DNA of 64,000 bases from an uncultured Clostridium sp. (GTDB taxonomy: Bacteria; Bacillota; Clostridia; TANB77; CAG-508), in contig CANPNZ010000002.1 of NCBI GenBank assembly GCA_947575605.1, forward strand, positions 31,020-95,019, in the 5' to 3' direction. Shown here in pieces: positions 31,964 to 41,805 of the stretch. The notes below the pieces were generated by a model. The model worked only from the letters and a program-made list of their open reading frames with translations, made no database searches and was not told the origin of the DNA. The first letter of the stretch is position 1. Each line of letters begins with the position of its first letter. Both the position numbers and the translations under genes were made by a program.

Positions 31964-33859
31964 ATGACTATTTATGAAACAACCAAAAAAGAATTTTTAG
32001 AAAATATGAAAAATCAAACTGTCTTTGAGCAATTAGAAAAAGCATATACTGAAAAATTAAAAAAGCCAAATTATAAACTAACCAATTCGTGGAATGGTTC
32101 TTTTCCTTATCTATATATGGTTTTAGAAGATGAAAGAATCCCTGAAAATTGTGGGATTAGTATAGAATATGTTATTCCTAATATTGATAAGGACAAAAGA
32201 ATTGACTTTCTTATTACTGGTTATGACAATAACAAAAACAGAATAATAATACCAATAGAAACAAAGCAGTGGTCAACTGTAAAACACCCCGCTAATAAAA
32301 TCGGCTTTATAGAAACTGACTTTTCCTCTAAAAAAAATAATTTAAGTATTCATCCCTCCTATCAAGTTTGGTCCTATTCTCATTTTTTAAAAGAATATAA
32401 TCAAGCAATTCAAGAAGAAAAAATTTCAATTCATCCATGTGTATTAATGCACAATTATAAAAAAAGTGAAAATAATTTGTTAGAAGATAATTATAAAAAA
32501 TACATTGAAAAAGCTCCTATTTTTTATCGTAATGACTTAAAAAAATGTTCTGATTTTATTGCCAATAAAATTTGTTATGGTGATGATAAGAAAATTCTTC
32601 ATATTCTTGAAAAAGGAAAAATAACATTATCCAAAATCTTACAAAATGAAGTTCCAGATATTATGAAATATTCTAATTTTGCTACGCTAATTGATGAACA
32701 ACAGATTGTATATGAAACTGCAATGAAAATGGCTAAACAATCTAAAAAAGATAATAAAAAAAGGACTTTAATTGTAAAAGGTGGTGCTGGTACTGGAAAA
32801 ACAATTGTAGCTTTAAAAATTTTAATAGATCTTTTAAAAAATCCAGAAAATAACATCAAAAAAATAGATTTTGTTTCTGCTGTACAAACTGTAAGTGAAG
32901 TATGCAAATATAAATTAAAACAATCAAATATTTATAAAGAATATTTAAAGAACTTCAAAACTGCTAGCCAATATTTTAAATGTAGCAACAATGAAAAAGA
33001 TGTGGTAATTGTTGATGAAGCTAGAAGATTACGTGAAAAATCCGGATTTTTTTCTCAAGATGGAGAAAATCAAATAAAAGAAATTATACTTTCTAGTAAA
33101 TTTTCTATTTTCTTTGTTGACAATTTACAAAAAGCTACCTTAAAAGATATTGGAAGAACTGAAGAAATAAAAAAACATGCTAAAAATTCCAATTCTTCTA
33201 TAACAGAATTGGAATTAACCTCCCAATTTAGATGTTCTGGTTCTTCTGTTTATATCACTTGGCTAGAAAATACTTTACAACTGGGAACACCTAAAGAATT
33301 ACATGATAAATTTGATTATGATATTAAAGTAGTTACTACTCCTCAAGCATTACAAAAACAAATAAGCAAAAAGAATGAAAAAAACAATTTTTCAAGAATT
33401 GTAGCTGGCTATTGTTGGGATTCTGTAAAGGGAAATAGAAATGATCCTGATTTCTGTGATATTCAAATTCCAGAATATAACTTTCAGATGAGTTGGAATT
33501 TAATTGGCACTAAAACATGGGCAATTGATGAAAATTCTATTGAACAGGTTGGATGTGTTTATACTTGTTCTGGATTAGATTTTGAATATGTTGGTGTTAT
33601 TATAGGAAAAGATATGATCTATAAAAATGGAAAAATACAAACTGATGTTAGGCATAGAGCTCGTACGGATAATGCACTAAAAGGTATTAAAACACAATTG
33701 AAAAAAGATTATCTTCCTTCTTATCAATTAGCTGATGAAGTTATTAAGTCTACTTATCGAATTTTGATGACAAGAGGTCAAAAAGGATGTATTATATTTT
33801 GCCAAGATAAGGCACTATCCAATTATCTAAAAGAAGAAATTAAGAAATATAAAATGTAA
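31964..33859 (+). CDS. DUF2075-type protein: N-terminal PD-(D/E)xK-like nuclease domain fused to an SF1-like P-loop ATPase (Schlafen-like helicase)
   Basis: RIDFLITG...IIIPIETKQW (D/E-K); Walker A GGAGTGKT; VVIVDEARRL; motif VI-like ILMTRGQKG. Confidence 0.6.
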   Translation: MTIYETTKKEFLENMKNQTVFEQLEKAYTEKLKKPNYKLTNSWNGSFPYLYMVLEDERIPENCGISIEYVIPNIDKDKRIDFLITGYDNNKNRIIIPIETKQWSTVKHPANKIGFIETDFSSKKNNLSIHPSYQVWSYSHFLKEYNQAIQEEKISIHPCVLMHNYKKSENNLLEDNYKKYIEKAPIFYRNDLKKCSDFIANKICYGDDKKILHILEKGKITLSKILQNEVPDIMKYSNFATLIDEQQIVYETAMKMAKQSKKDNKKRTLIVKGGAGTGKTIVALKILIDLLKNPENNIKKIDFVSAVQTVSEVCKYKLKQSNIYKEYLKNFKTASQYFKCSNNEKDVVIVDEARRLREKSGFFSQDGENQIKEIILSSKFSIFFVDNLQKATLKDIGRTEEIKKHAKNSNSSITELELTSQFRCSGSSVYITWLENTLQLGTPKELHDKFDYDIKVVTTPQALQKQISKKNEKNNFSRIVAGYCWDSVKGNRNDPDFCDIQIPEYNFQMSWNLIGTKTWAIDENSIEQVGCVYTCSGLDFEYVGVIIGKDMIYKNGKIQTDVRHRARTDNALKGIKTQLKKDYLPSYQLADEVIKSTYRILMTRGQKGCIIFCQDKALSNYLKEEIKKYKM

Positions 33860-33958
33860 TTTAATTCTTCGACATATACTACCATTGAAAATACACCTCA
33901 ATGTTAACTTTTTTGTGTAACATTTGAGGTGCTTTTTTCGTTTTAGTTTCTTCTATTT

Positions 33959-34557
33959 TTATTCACAAGGTTTCCTATCATTCATATAAAATTTTTTCTC
34001 TGCTAATTTATCTTGAACGCCACGTAGTGCTTCTCCAAATCTTTGGAAATGGACTACTTCTCTTTCTCTTAAATATCTTAATGGATCTAAAACATCTGGA
34101 TTGTCACGGCAAAGATCAATTAATTTTTCATAGGTCGCCCTTGCTTTTTGCTCTGCTGCTAAGTCTTCTTGTAAGTTTGCAATTGGATCTCCTTTACAAG
34201 CAATATATGCTGCTGTGAATGGTACTCCTGCTGCTGATGCTGGATATACGTCTACTCCATGATCCGTATAATATGGTGCTAATCCTGCTTTTTCAATTTC
34301 TTCAATGCTTGCTCTGTCTGTTAATTGGTGTACTATGGTTCCTACCATTTCTAAATGGGCTAATTCTTCGGTTCCAATATCATTTAAAATAGCTTTTGCT
34401 TTTTGATCTGGCATACCAAATCTTTGAGAAAGATATCTTAAAGAAGCAGCAAGTTCTCCATCAGGTCCACCATATTGAGATATAATCACTTTAGCAAGTT
34501 TTGGATCTGGACATTTTATATTGATTGGATATTGTAATGTTTTATTATAAGTCCACA
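33959..34557 (-). CDS. cotJC: spore coat protein CotJC (manganese-catalase-like)
   Basis: MWTYNKTLQYPINIKCPDPKLAKVIISQYGGPDGELAASLRYLSQRF is near-identical in pattern to B. subtilis CotJC. RBS AAGGGGG. Confidence 0.85.
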
Positions 34558-34639
34558 TTAATAATTCCCCCTTTCCCATGGCCAGTTTTCGTTTTGTTTG
34601 GAGGAACTATTTGTTTATACAATTTTTATATCCATATTT

Positions 34640-34707
34640 ATCATTAAAGTGGATATTAAATAGCCTTCAAATGGATACCTTTAATATATCCACTGGGGGC
34701 TTTTTTT
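34640..34707 (+). terminator. hairpin plus T-run built from inverted TTAAAGTGGATAT motifs
   Basis: aagtggatattaaa...tttaatatatccact followed by GGGGGC T7. Confidence 0.5.
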
Positions 34708-34958
34708 AGTATCTTTAAAGTGGATATTTTGAGAGGCTTCTAATATGCTAAAAATAAGTCAAAACTCAAAAAAAGTTGTTTGGAGTTTAAAGGGTATGAT
34801 ACAGGAAAAGGGATTTCAAGAAAATTAAGTGTGTATATTGTTTTATGTTTTGATATGGATATATAGCTGATAAAAATTAATGTAAAAATTTGTTGAAGAG
34901 ACGAATTTTTTATGATAACATACTATCAAGATTTATTTAAGTAATTAGGAGATTTGTA

Positions 34959-35489
34959 ATGAAATTATATGTAATTAGACATGGTGAAACTAATATGGGT
35001 AAAAATGAAATTATAGCAACTGAAGATGAGCCATTAAATGAAACAGGTATCCAACAGGCTATAGCAGTTGGAAGAGATATTAAAAAGTTAAATATTAATA
35101 AAGTATTTTGTTCTCCAATACCAAGAGCAAAACATACATTAGAATTATTTGGATTAAATAAAAATATTCCTGTGATAATTGAAAATAGAATAAAAGAACG
35201 AGATATGGGAATATATGAAAAAGTTCCTTTTGAGCAACTTAAATGGGATGAATTTTGGAATTATAATTCAGATAGATTATATCCAGAATTAGAAACTATG
35301 AAAAGTGTATATGAAAGGATATCAGATTTTCTAAATGAATTAAAATCAAGTAATAGTAATGATAATATTTTATTAGTTACACATGGAGGAATATCAAGAG
35401 CGATTTATTGGTATTTCAATGGAATACCAGACAATGGGAATTCATCTAATATTAATGAAAATTGTAAAATCTATAATTATGAACTATAA
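34959..35489 (+). CDS. histidine phosphatase family protein (phosphoglycerate mutase-like)
   Basis: RHGE catalytic motif at N-terminus; HGG motif. Confidence 0.7.
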   Translation: MKLYVIRHGETNMGKNEIIATEDEPLNETGIQQAIAVGRDIKKLNINKVFCSPIPRAKHTLELFGLNKNIPVIIENRIKERDMGIYEKVPFEQLKWDEFWNYNSDRLYPELETMKSVYERISDFLNELKSSNSNDNILLVTHGGISRAIYWYFNGIPDNGNSSNINENCKIYNYEL

Positions 35490-35504
35490 AGAAAGGATTT
35501 AAAA

Positions 35505-36029
35505 ATGAAATTATATTTAGTAAGACATGGAGAAGTAAATCATAATTTATATGGATTGTATAACAGAGAAGATGAGGACTTAAATGAAACAGGAATACAA
35601 CAAGCAAAGAATTTAAAAGAAAAAATTAAGGCTATAAAATATGATTTTATTATCTGTTCTCCATTATCAAGAGCAAAACATACTGCTGATATTATTAATA
35701 TTGATAATAAAAATATAAAAATAGATGATAGACTTAAAGAACGAGATCCAGGTAGTTTAAGTGGACAACCCATCGAAGTAACAAATAGAGAAGAATATTG
35801 GAATTATTATACATCTATTCAATATGGTACAAGTGAAAATATTAAAGAATTTTTTAATCGTGTTTACAATTTTTTAGATGAGTTAAAAACAAAGGATTAT
35901 GAAAACGTTTTAATTGTAGCTCATAGTGGAGTATCGAAAGCATTTAATGGTTATTTTAATGGAATAGTTGATGGTAAATTCTTAAATAGAGGATTGAAAA
36001 ATTGTGAAATAAAAGAATATGAAATGTAA
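35505..36029 (+). CDS. histidine phosphatase family protein (tandem paralog)
   Basis: RHGE motif; paralog of the preceding gene. Confidence 0.7.
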   Translation: MKLYLVRHGEVNHNLYGLYNREDEDLNETGIQQAKNLKEKIKAIKYDFIICSPLSRAKHTADIINIDNKNIKIDDRLKERDPGSLSGQPIEVTNREEYWNYYTSIQYGTSENIKEFFNRVYNFLDELKTKDYENVLIVAHSGVSKAFNGYFNGIVDGKFLNRGLKNCEIKEYEM

Positions 36030-36480
36030 AACTAATATTAAAGTGGATATATTTTTCTTCTATAACCTTTGAAACATAAGCCTTTAAAAAATTTGCATGT
36101 ATATATTTTCAAAACAATTAAAATATTATATAATCACTTTAGTAACAATTAACATTCAAATTGCTACTACAAAACTATATAAAAAAATAAGTAAACACTT
36201 TTTGAACTAAAATGAATAAATATAAATTATCTTCGGACAATTTATATTTATTTTTTTCGTTCATAAACTTATGTAGAAGGTGATTCAATGCAAAAAAACA
36301 CATTACAACCTAAAGTAAAAAATATATATAATGAAAATGGCTTAACACTTACAGAATTAATACAAGAATGGTTAAATGAAAATTATTTTTTTTGGAATTT
36401 AAATAATGATAAAAATGAAATAAAATATAAAGGTATAAATAAATAGTTATCGTAAATTTAAACTCTGGAAAGGAGGATAA

Positions 36481-38031
36481 ATGCAAGAGTTAAACTATAA
36501 CTTTCCCCCTACTTATTTTAAAGTAGGAATTTACACAAGACTTTCAAGAGAAGATGAAAAAGACAAAGAATCTGAAAGTATTGATACTCAAAAAAAGTTA
36601 TTAACAAACTATATAAAAAGTCAAGGTTGGACTTTATTTAAAATATATGTAGATGATGGATTTACTGGTACAAATTTTAATAGACCAGATTTTAAAAATT
36701 TAATAAATGATATTGAACTTGGTAATGTAAATGTAGTCATTACAAAGGATTTATCAAGACTTGGCAGAGATTATATTGAAACAGGTTATTATTTAGAAAA
36801 ATACTTTCCATTAAAAAATGTAAGATATATTGCTTTAAATGATGGAATTGATACATTTGATAATAACAACACCAATAATGATATGACACCATTTAAATCT
36901 GTTTTTAATGATATGTATGCAAAAGATATCTCAAAAAAAGTTCGTTCCAGTTTGCTAACAAAAGCATCAAGTGGACGAAATATCAAATCTTTTTTACCTT
37001 ATGGCTATAAAAAAGATGAAAAGGACAAAAATATCATTTTAATAGATTATGAAGTTTCTCCTATTGTTCAAAAAATATTTGAAATGTATTATGCAGGAAA
37101 TAATAAAACTGAAATATGTAGATATCTAAATAAAAATAAAATACTAACACCACTTGCCTATAAAAGAAAAACTACAAACTATTATAATCCAAATAACAAA
37201 ACAAATTTATGGAGTACAACCATGATTTCTAAAATTCTTAGAGATAGAATTTATACAGGAGATTTAGTACAACATAAATATAGCAAATTGAATTACAAAA
37301 CTAAAAAAATTATTGATGTACCAAAACAGCAACATATTATTATTGAAAATAATCACAAACCAATCATTGATAAAAATATTTTTAATAGTGTTCAAATTAT
37401 GCTTGATAAAAAATCAAATGAATGGAATTATACCGCTTCTTCTGCTCATTTGTTACAAGGGCTAGTTCTATGCAAAAAGTGTAAATCAAAAATAACCTAT
37501 AATAAAAATCATGGAAAATATTTTAGATGTGTGTGTTCTTCTTATAAAAGAAATGGTAGTAAATTTTGCTCTAATATCCATTTAAGAGAAGATACTTTAA
37601 TTAGTAGTGTAATTACTAGTTTGAAAGAAAACATTTCTGATTTTCTAAAATACGATGAATTAGAATATATCTGTCCTAATACACAAATAGATAATAAAAA
37701 ATTAGATTATTTGAATTCTAAAATAACTGAAAAGGATGATTTGATCCAGTCTTTATATGAAGATAAAGTAAAAGGAATTATCACAGAAGATTTATTTATC
37801 AAACTTTCTAAACAATATGAAGTAGATAAAAAAACTTTACTAAATCTAGTTCAAAAAGAAAAAGAGATTAATAAGAATACAATAAAAAAAGAAGATTTAA
37901 TCTGTAATGTGAAAGAATTATTAGATTTTAATGAAAATAACCTAGATAGAAATTTGCTTTTAAAATTAATTGATAAAATAGAAATAGATGATGACAATAT
38001 TGAAATTTATTATAAATTTAAAGCCATTTAA
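36481..38031 (+). CDS. large serine recombinase (resolvase domain + recombinase domain + zinc ribbon)
   Basis: YTRLSREDE catalytic Ser region; LSRLGRD; Cys-rich zinc-ribbon CKKCKS...CVCSSY; C-terminal coiled coil. Confidence 0.9.
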   Translation: MQELNYNFPPTYFKVGIYTRLSREDEKDKESESIDTQKKLLTNYIKSQGWTLFKIYVDDGFTGTNFNRPDFKNLINDIELGNVNVVITKDLSRLGRDYIETGYYLEKYFPLKNVRYIALNDGIDTFDNNNTNNDMTPFKSVFNDMYAKDISKKVRSSLLTKASSGRNIKSFLPYGYKKDEKDKNIILIDYEVSPIVQKIFEMYYAGNNKTEICRYLNKNKILTPLAYKRKTTNYYNPNNKTNLWSTTMISKILRDRIYTGDLVQHKYSKLNYKTKKIIDVPKQQHIIIENNHKPIIDKNIFNSVQIMLDKKSNEWNYTASSAHLLQGLVLCKKCKSKITYNKNHGKYFRCVCSSYKRNGSKFCSNIHLREDTLISSVITSLKENISDFLKYDELEYICPNTQIDNKKLDYLNSKITEKDDLIQSLYEDKVKGIITEDLFIKLSKQYEVDKKTLLNLVQKEKEINKNTIKKEDLICNVKELLDFNENNLDRNLLLKLIDKIEIDDDNIEIYYKFKAI

Positions 38032-38134
38032 ACTTTTAAAACCAAATTCTAATAAATTCACAATAGAGATTGTAAATTCAATTTGAACTTGCTATAATAT
38101 ACATATAAATTACAAAGAAAGGAGCTGATTAACT

Positions 38135-38431
38135 ATGTCTGAAACACAAATACAAGCAATCAAAGATGTTATAAAAATGACACCACGACTTAATATAGAA
38201 TGTCTAAATTCTGTTAAAATTCTAATGGAAAAAGCTATTGATTCAGAATTATTAAGACTAGAACCTACTGTCATTTTAGAAAACATGGATATTACGGAAA
38301 AAGTAATGTATTTGGACTATTTAACAGAAAGCAAAGATACCAAAGAAAAAGAACAAAAAAATGCAGTATCTTTTGAAGAAATACTAAAAAGAGAGGGGTT
38401 GACTTACGATGATTTACAAGATAAAAATTAG
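38135..38431 (+). CDS. putative antitoxin (upstream partner of the RelE/ParE-like gene)
   Basis: Small acidic protein whose stop overlaps the start of the toxin-like ORF. Confidence 0.45.
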   Translation: MSETQIQAIKDVIKMTPRLNIECLNSVKILMEKAIDSELLRLEPTVILENMDITEKVMYLDYLTESKDTKEKEQKNAVSFEEILKREGLTYDDLQDKN

Positions 38432-38655
38432 ACCCAAAGCTCTCAAATTTATTGAAAAACAAGACAAAATTCAAAAACTACGAATTTACAAAGCAATTTA
38501 CAACCTGCCCAATGGCGATGTTAAGAAAATGGTAGGTTGTAAAAATGAATATCGACTTCGAGTTCGGTGATTATCGTATTATTTATGAATTAAATCAAGA
38601 TGAACTTATTATTTTAGTAACAAAAACTGACAACAGAGGACAAGCTTATAAGTAA
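38416..38655 (+). pseudogene. RelE/ParE-family toxin, frameshifted near 38565
   Basis: MIYKIKIRPKALKFIEK...NEYRLRV, then +1 frame GDYRIIYELNQDELIILVTKTDNRGQAYK, matching the RelE/ParE fold. Confidence 0.55.
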
Positions 38656-38710
38656 TGATTTTTAAATCTTTAAAATTAAACTCTAAATCAAATTTTTATT
38701 CAGAAAGAGT

Positions 38711-39079
38711 TTAAACTACTCCCAAACCAAACGAAACCCATGGCTCTTCCAACCATCTCCATTTATTACAAGGGTACTGAATGGTAAGAGGTCCATATAC
38801 TTTTTGGTATTTATCTTTTAAATCTTTTACATATTTGCAATACTTTCTATGCAAACAAAGTGCTTTTTCATCTTCTGGATGGGTATCTAAATATAATGCC
38901 AATTCTGTAATAGCAAAATCATAACATCTAATTTGTTCGATCATTTCTCTTCTTTCTTCACAATCAACTGTTCTTTCTACTTCACAAGTACAGTTATTAG
39001 ACATATTAGATACCATCATAGCATCATCCATATGGTTGTTACAACTGCAACCACAATTTCTGCTTTCTTCTACTGACAT
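38711..39079 (-). CDS. cotJB: spore coat protein CotJB with Cys-rich N-terminal extension
   Basis: CotJB signature LYLDTHPEDEKAL...YGPLT...EEPW. Confidence 0.8.
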   Translation of the reverse strand: MSVEESRNCGCSCNNHMDDAMMVSNMSNNCTCEVERTVDCEERREMIEQIRCYDFAITELALYLDTHPEDEKALCLHRKYCKYVKDLKDKYQKVYGPLTIQYPCNKWRWLEEPWVSFGLGVV

Positions 39080-39426
39080 TTATTACACCCCTTTCCAATT
39101 TCATTGGTTTCTCTTATATAGTTTATTTCCTCCATAGATTGGCCAGGTACATACGGACTAACTAATTCTGGAAAAATCGTTCCCATTTTTAAACCAACAC
39201 ATGGTTTAAAAGTTTTATCCATATATTGAATTGGTACATAACTTTGAGCTAACATTGGGTTTTCTGGAAACATATTATATTCTTCGTCAAATCCACAGTC
39301 ACAACTATTAGAATATTCTTCATAAGAAACTACATCATTACATTGTTTTTCTATCATATCATTTTGCATTTCACATGAATCATTATGATAACTATTATTC
39401 ATACAATAACATTTTCTTCTAAACAT
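39070..39426 (-). CDS. cotJA: spore coat protein CotJA
   Basis: CotJA signature SYVPIQYMDKTFKPCVGLKMGTIFPELVSPY; start MFRRK with GGAGG RBS. Confidence 0.75.
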   Translation of the reverse strand: MFRRKCYCMNNSYHNDSCEMQNDMIEKQCNDVVSYEEYSNSCDCGFDEEYNMFPENPMLAQSYVPIQYMDKTFKPCVGLKMGTIFPELVSPYVPGQSMEEINYIRETNEIGKGCNKCQ

Positions 39427-39993
39427 TTTCCTTCCTCCTTCTATTAACATAATATGTTTCTTCTTTGTAATATGATACAAAGTAATTTTCTAGTATAAAT
39501 TTAAACAATCATAACCACCCGTAAAACGGATGGTTTGCTCTAATCCTTTTTTCATTTTTCTTTCTTTTTCCTTTTCTTCTTTTTCAAATGGGTCTACATA
39601 TTCTTTAATACTTATTTGATCTGTTGCTATATCTTTTTGTAACTGCTTTCTTATGTATTCTTCTATTACTTTTTTATTTTTACCTACTGTATCTACATAA
39701 TAACCTGTACACCAAAAGTACCTATTTCCATATTTCTATCTATTTTCATAGATAAATTTCCTCCTTTGATTTTTATTTTTGAGGTTGACCAAACCAACAA
39801 TATTATATCAAAGAAGGAGATTTATTTTACTCATAGCTAGAAGCCTTTAGAACCCCACGTATAACATGAGGTTTTCATTATTCAACAAAATGCTAGTGAT
39901 AAATTACATCACTAGCATTAATCATTTTTCTTCAAAACTCAGATTAAATTCCCGTCTCGCCTATTCTATATCTTATATGTCACTTTTTTTAAA

Positions 39994-40524
39994 TTAATCC
40001 AAATAATGCTCTATCTTCTTAATAAATATCAAACTTTCTAAGATATCTATAATACCATAAGCCACTATAATTCCACCAATAATTTGCCACATAGCACCCA
40101 CATTCATTAAAATATAAATTCCTGCGATTATTGTTACAATCGCTAATAATACCGTTAATAACCACAATCTGGATTGATAATCTTTCCATATAATACTAGT
40201 TTGTAAATTCATAATTCCACTATAAACAATCCATAATGCTATTATTATTCTAAAAATAGAAGCTATCATTTCAGAACAAAACATAATAATAATTCCAGCT
40301 ATAATGGCTACCATAGCAATAGACAATAAATAATTGTCTTTTTTACCAGATGCTAAATAATCGATTCCCTTTAAAAATCCCTTTATGATACAGATAGCAC
40401 CTAAAAAAATAGAAACCATAGACATAAAAAATTCTGGTCTTGCCATCAATAATATTCCAAATAAAATAAATAGAAATGACATGATAATGTCTGTCCAACT
40501 TGACTTCTTCAAAAATTTCTCCAT
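39994..40524 (-). CDS. HdeD-family (DUF308) membrane protein
   Basis: Six TM helices with DUF308-type repeats. Confidence 0.55.
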   Translation of the reverse strand: MEKFLKKSSWTDIIMSFLFILFGILLMARPEFFMSMVSIFLGAICIIKGFLKGIDYLASGKKDNYLLSIAMVAIIAGIIIMFCSEMIASIFRIIIALWIVYSGIMNLQTSIIWKDYQSRLWLLTVLLAIVTIIAGIYILMNVGAMWQIIGGIIVAYGIIDILESLIFIKKIEHYLD

Positions 40525-40644
40525 TTAATTTTCCTTCTTTCTTTTATCTTTTATTAATTCTTTACCATCACTTTTTTGCTCTTTTTTATATTAAATACAA
40601 AACAACACTCATATCAAAAATGACATAAGCGTTATTCTTAGTTT

Positions 40645-40836
40645 TTATACATTTTCAGTTTCTTTTTTAGCTACTACTTCTTTTCCATCGTAATATCCAC
40701 AGTTTTTACAAACTCTATGTGGTATTACTGGTTCATGACAATGTGGGCAACTTGAAAGTGTTGGGTTCTCTTTTTTCCATGTTGATCTTTTTGAATGTGT
40801 TCTTGCTTTTGACCATCTTCTTTTTGGTTGTGCCAT
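40645..40836 (-). CDS. rpmF: 50S ribosomal protein L32
   Basis: MAQPKRRWSKARTHSKRS...CPHCHEPVIPHRVCKNCGYY. Confidence 0.85.
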   Translation of the reverse strand: MAQPKRRWSKARTHSKRSTWKKENPTLSSCPHCHEPVIPHRVCKNCGYYDGKEVVAKKETENV

Positions 40837-40939
40837 TCTAATCCCTCCCTTGCTTTTCGATATAGCTATATATCTTTTTCTATTTTTTCGTTATTTTTAG
40901 TCACTATAAGATTATACAAGTATTTTTCTTTTTTGTCAA

Positions 40940-41150
40940 TAGTTGCTTTCTTTTAAGTTTCGACTTTTTGCAAGTAAGGTTGTACTATATAATTTTTGAA
41001 ACTACTTAAGTAAGCGACTAAACGAGCTATGCGAGTGCGATTGGAGCAACCGACAGATAAAATCTAATTTTATAGGTTGCTTTCGCACTAAGTGGAAAAA
41101 ATTATATAGTACAACCTTACTTGCAAAAAGTCGAAACTTAAGTTGCTTCT
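40940..41150. repeat. Family C palindromic repeat with 42-bp perfect inverted arms (aagtttcgactttttgcaagtaaggttgtactatataatttt)
   Basis: Arms at 40955-40996 and 41097-41138 are exact reverse complements. Core shared with 24718-24780; truncated copy at 44795-44860. Confidence 0.8.
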
Positions 41151-41709
41151 AAGATTTACAATATTTTTCATACAAACCTCTTATATTTTTCTTAGTTAAT
41201 GTTGCATCAATTCCTTGTTCTGCCACCTGTATAAAAACGGCCGTTATAAAATCCCTCATTTTAAGGTTCATCTCTAATTTATCCTTTTCTTTTTCTTCCC
41301 AATAAGACAGTTCAAACTCCTTTGTCCATTTTTCACCTTGATAAATCATACCTGCTGCTAATTTATCACAAATCATTTCAGCAGCATATGGATAAGGCAT
41401 AACAGGAGTAGCCTCTGGTGCATCATGATCCACCCAATATTGTGTATGATGTTTATTTCTACCTCTATGATGTAACCACGCTTCTGAATAACCTTTATCT
41501 TCTTTTGCCTCTCCAATAGGTGAATGATCTCCTACATAATAATTAGCACTTTCCCAAAATTCTGTTGGAGAATATTTTGATAAATCATGTACAAGCCCTC
41601 TCCAAGTCTCTCCTATCTTACAACATAATTTAAAAACAACCCATTTATGATGTGTAATCAATTTAAAATGTTTTATTGCATTTTTGAATTTCATTTCTTT
41701 CTCCTCCAA
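41149..41709 (-). CDS. hypothetical His-rich protein
   Basis: ORF only; no confident family assignment. Confidence 0.35.
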   Translation of the reverse strand: MEEKEMKFKNAIKHFKLITHHKWVVFKLCCKIGETWRGLVHDLSKYSPTEFWESANYYVGDHSPIGEAKEDKGYSEAWLHHRGRNKHHTQYWVDHDAPEATPVMPYPYAAEMICDKLAAGMIYQGEKWTKEFELSYWEEKEKDKLEMNLKMRDFITAVFIQVAEQGIDATLTKKNIRGLYEKYCKS

Positions 41710-41805
41710 AGTTAAGTTTACTATAACTTTTTTAGAAAATCAATAAATTTTCTTTTATTTCTTGCATATATTATATAATAGTTGATTGATAAATGGGAGG
41801 TAACT

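Larger units (their letters stand above)
34600..38700. mobile_element. ~4.1 kb serine-recombinase element inserted between cotJB and cotJC (cargo: two histidine phosphatases, a small ORF, TA module)
   Basis: cotJA-cotJB (38711-39426) and cotJC (33959-34557) are co-oriented but separated by a block carrying a 516-aa large serine recombinase. Confidence 0.6.
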
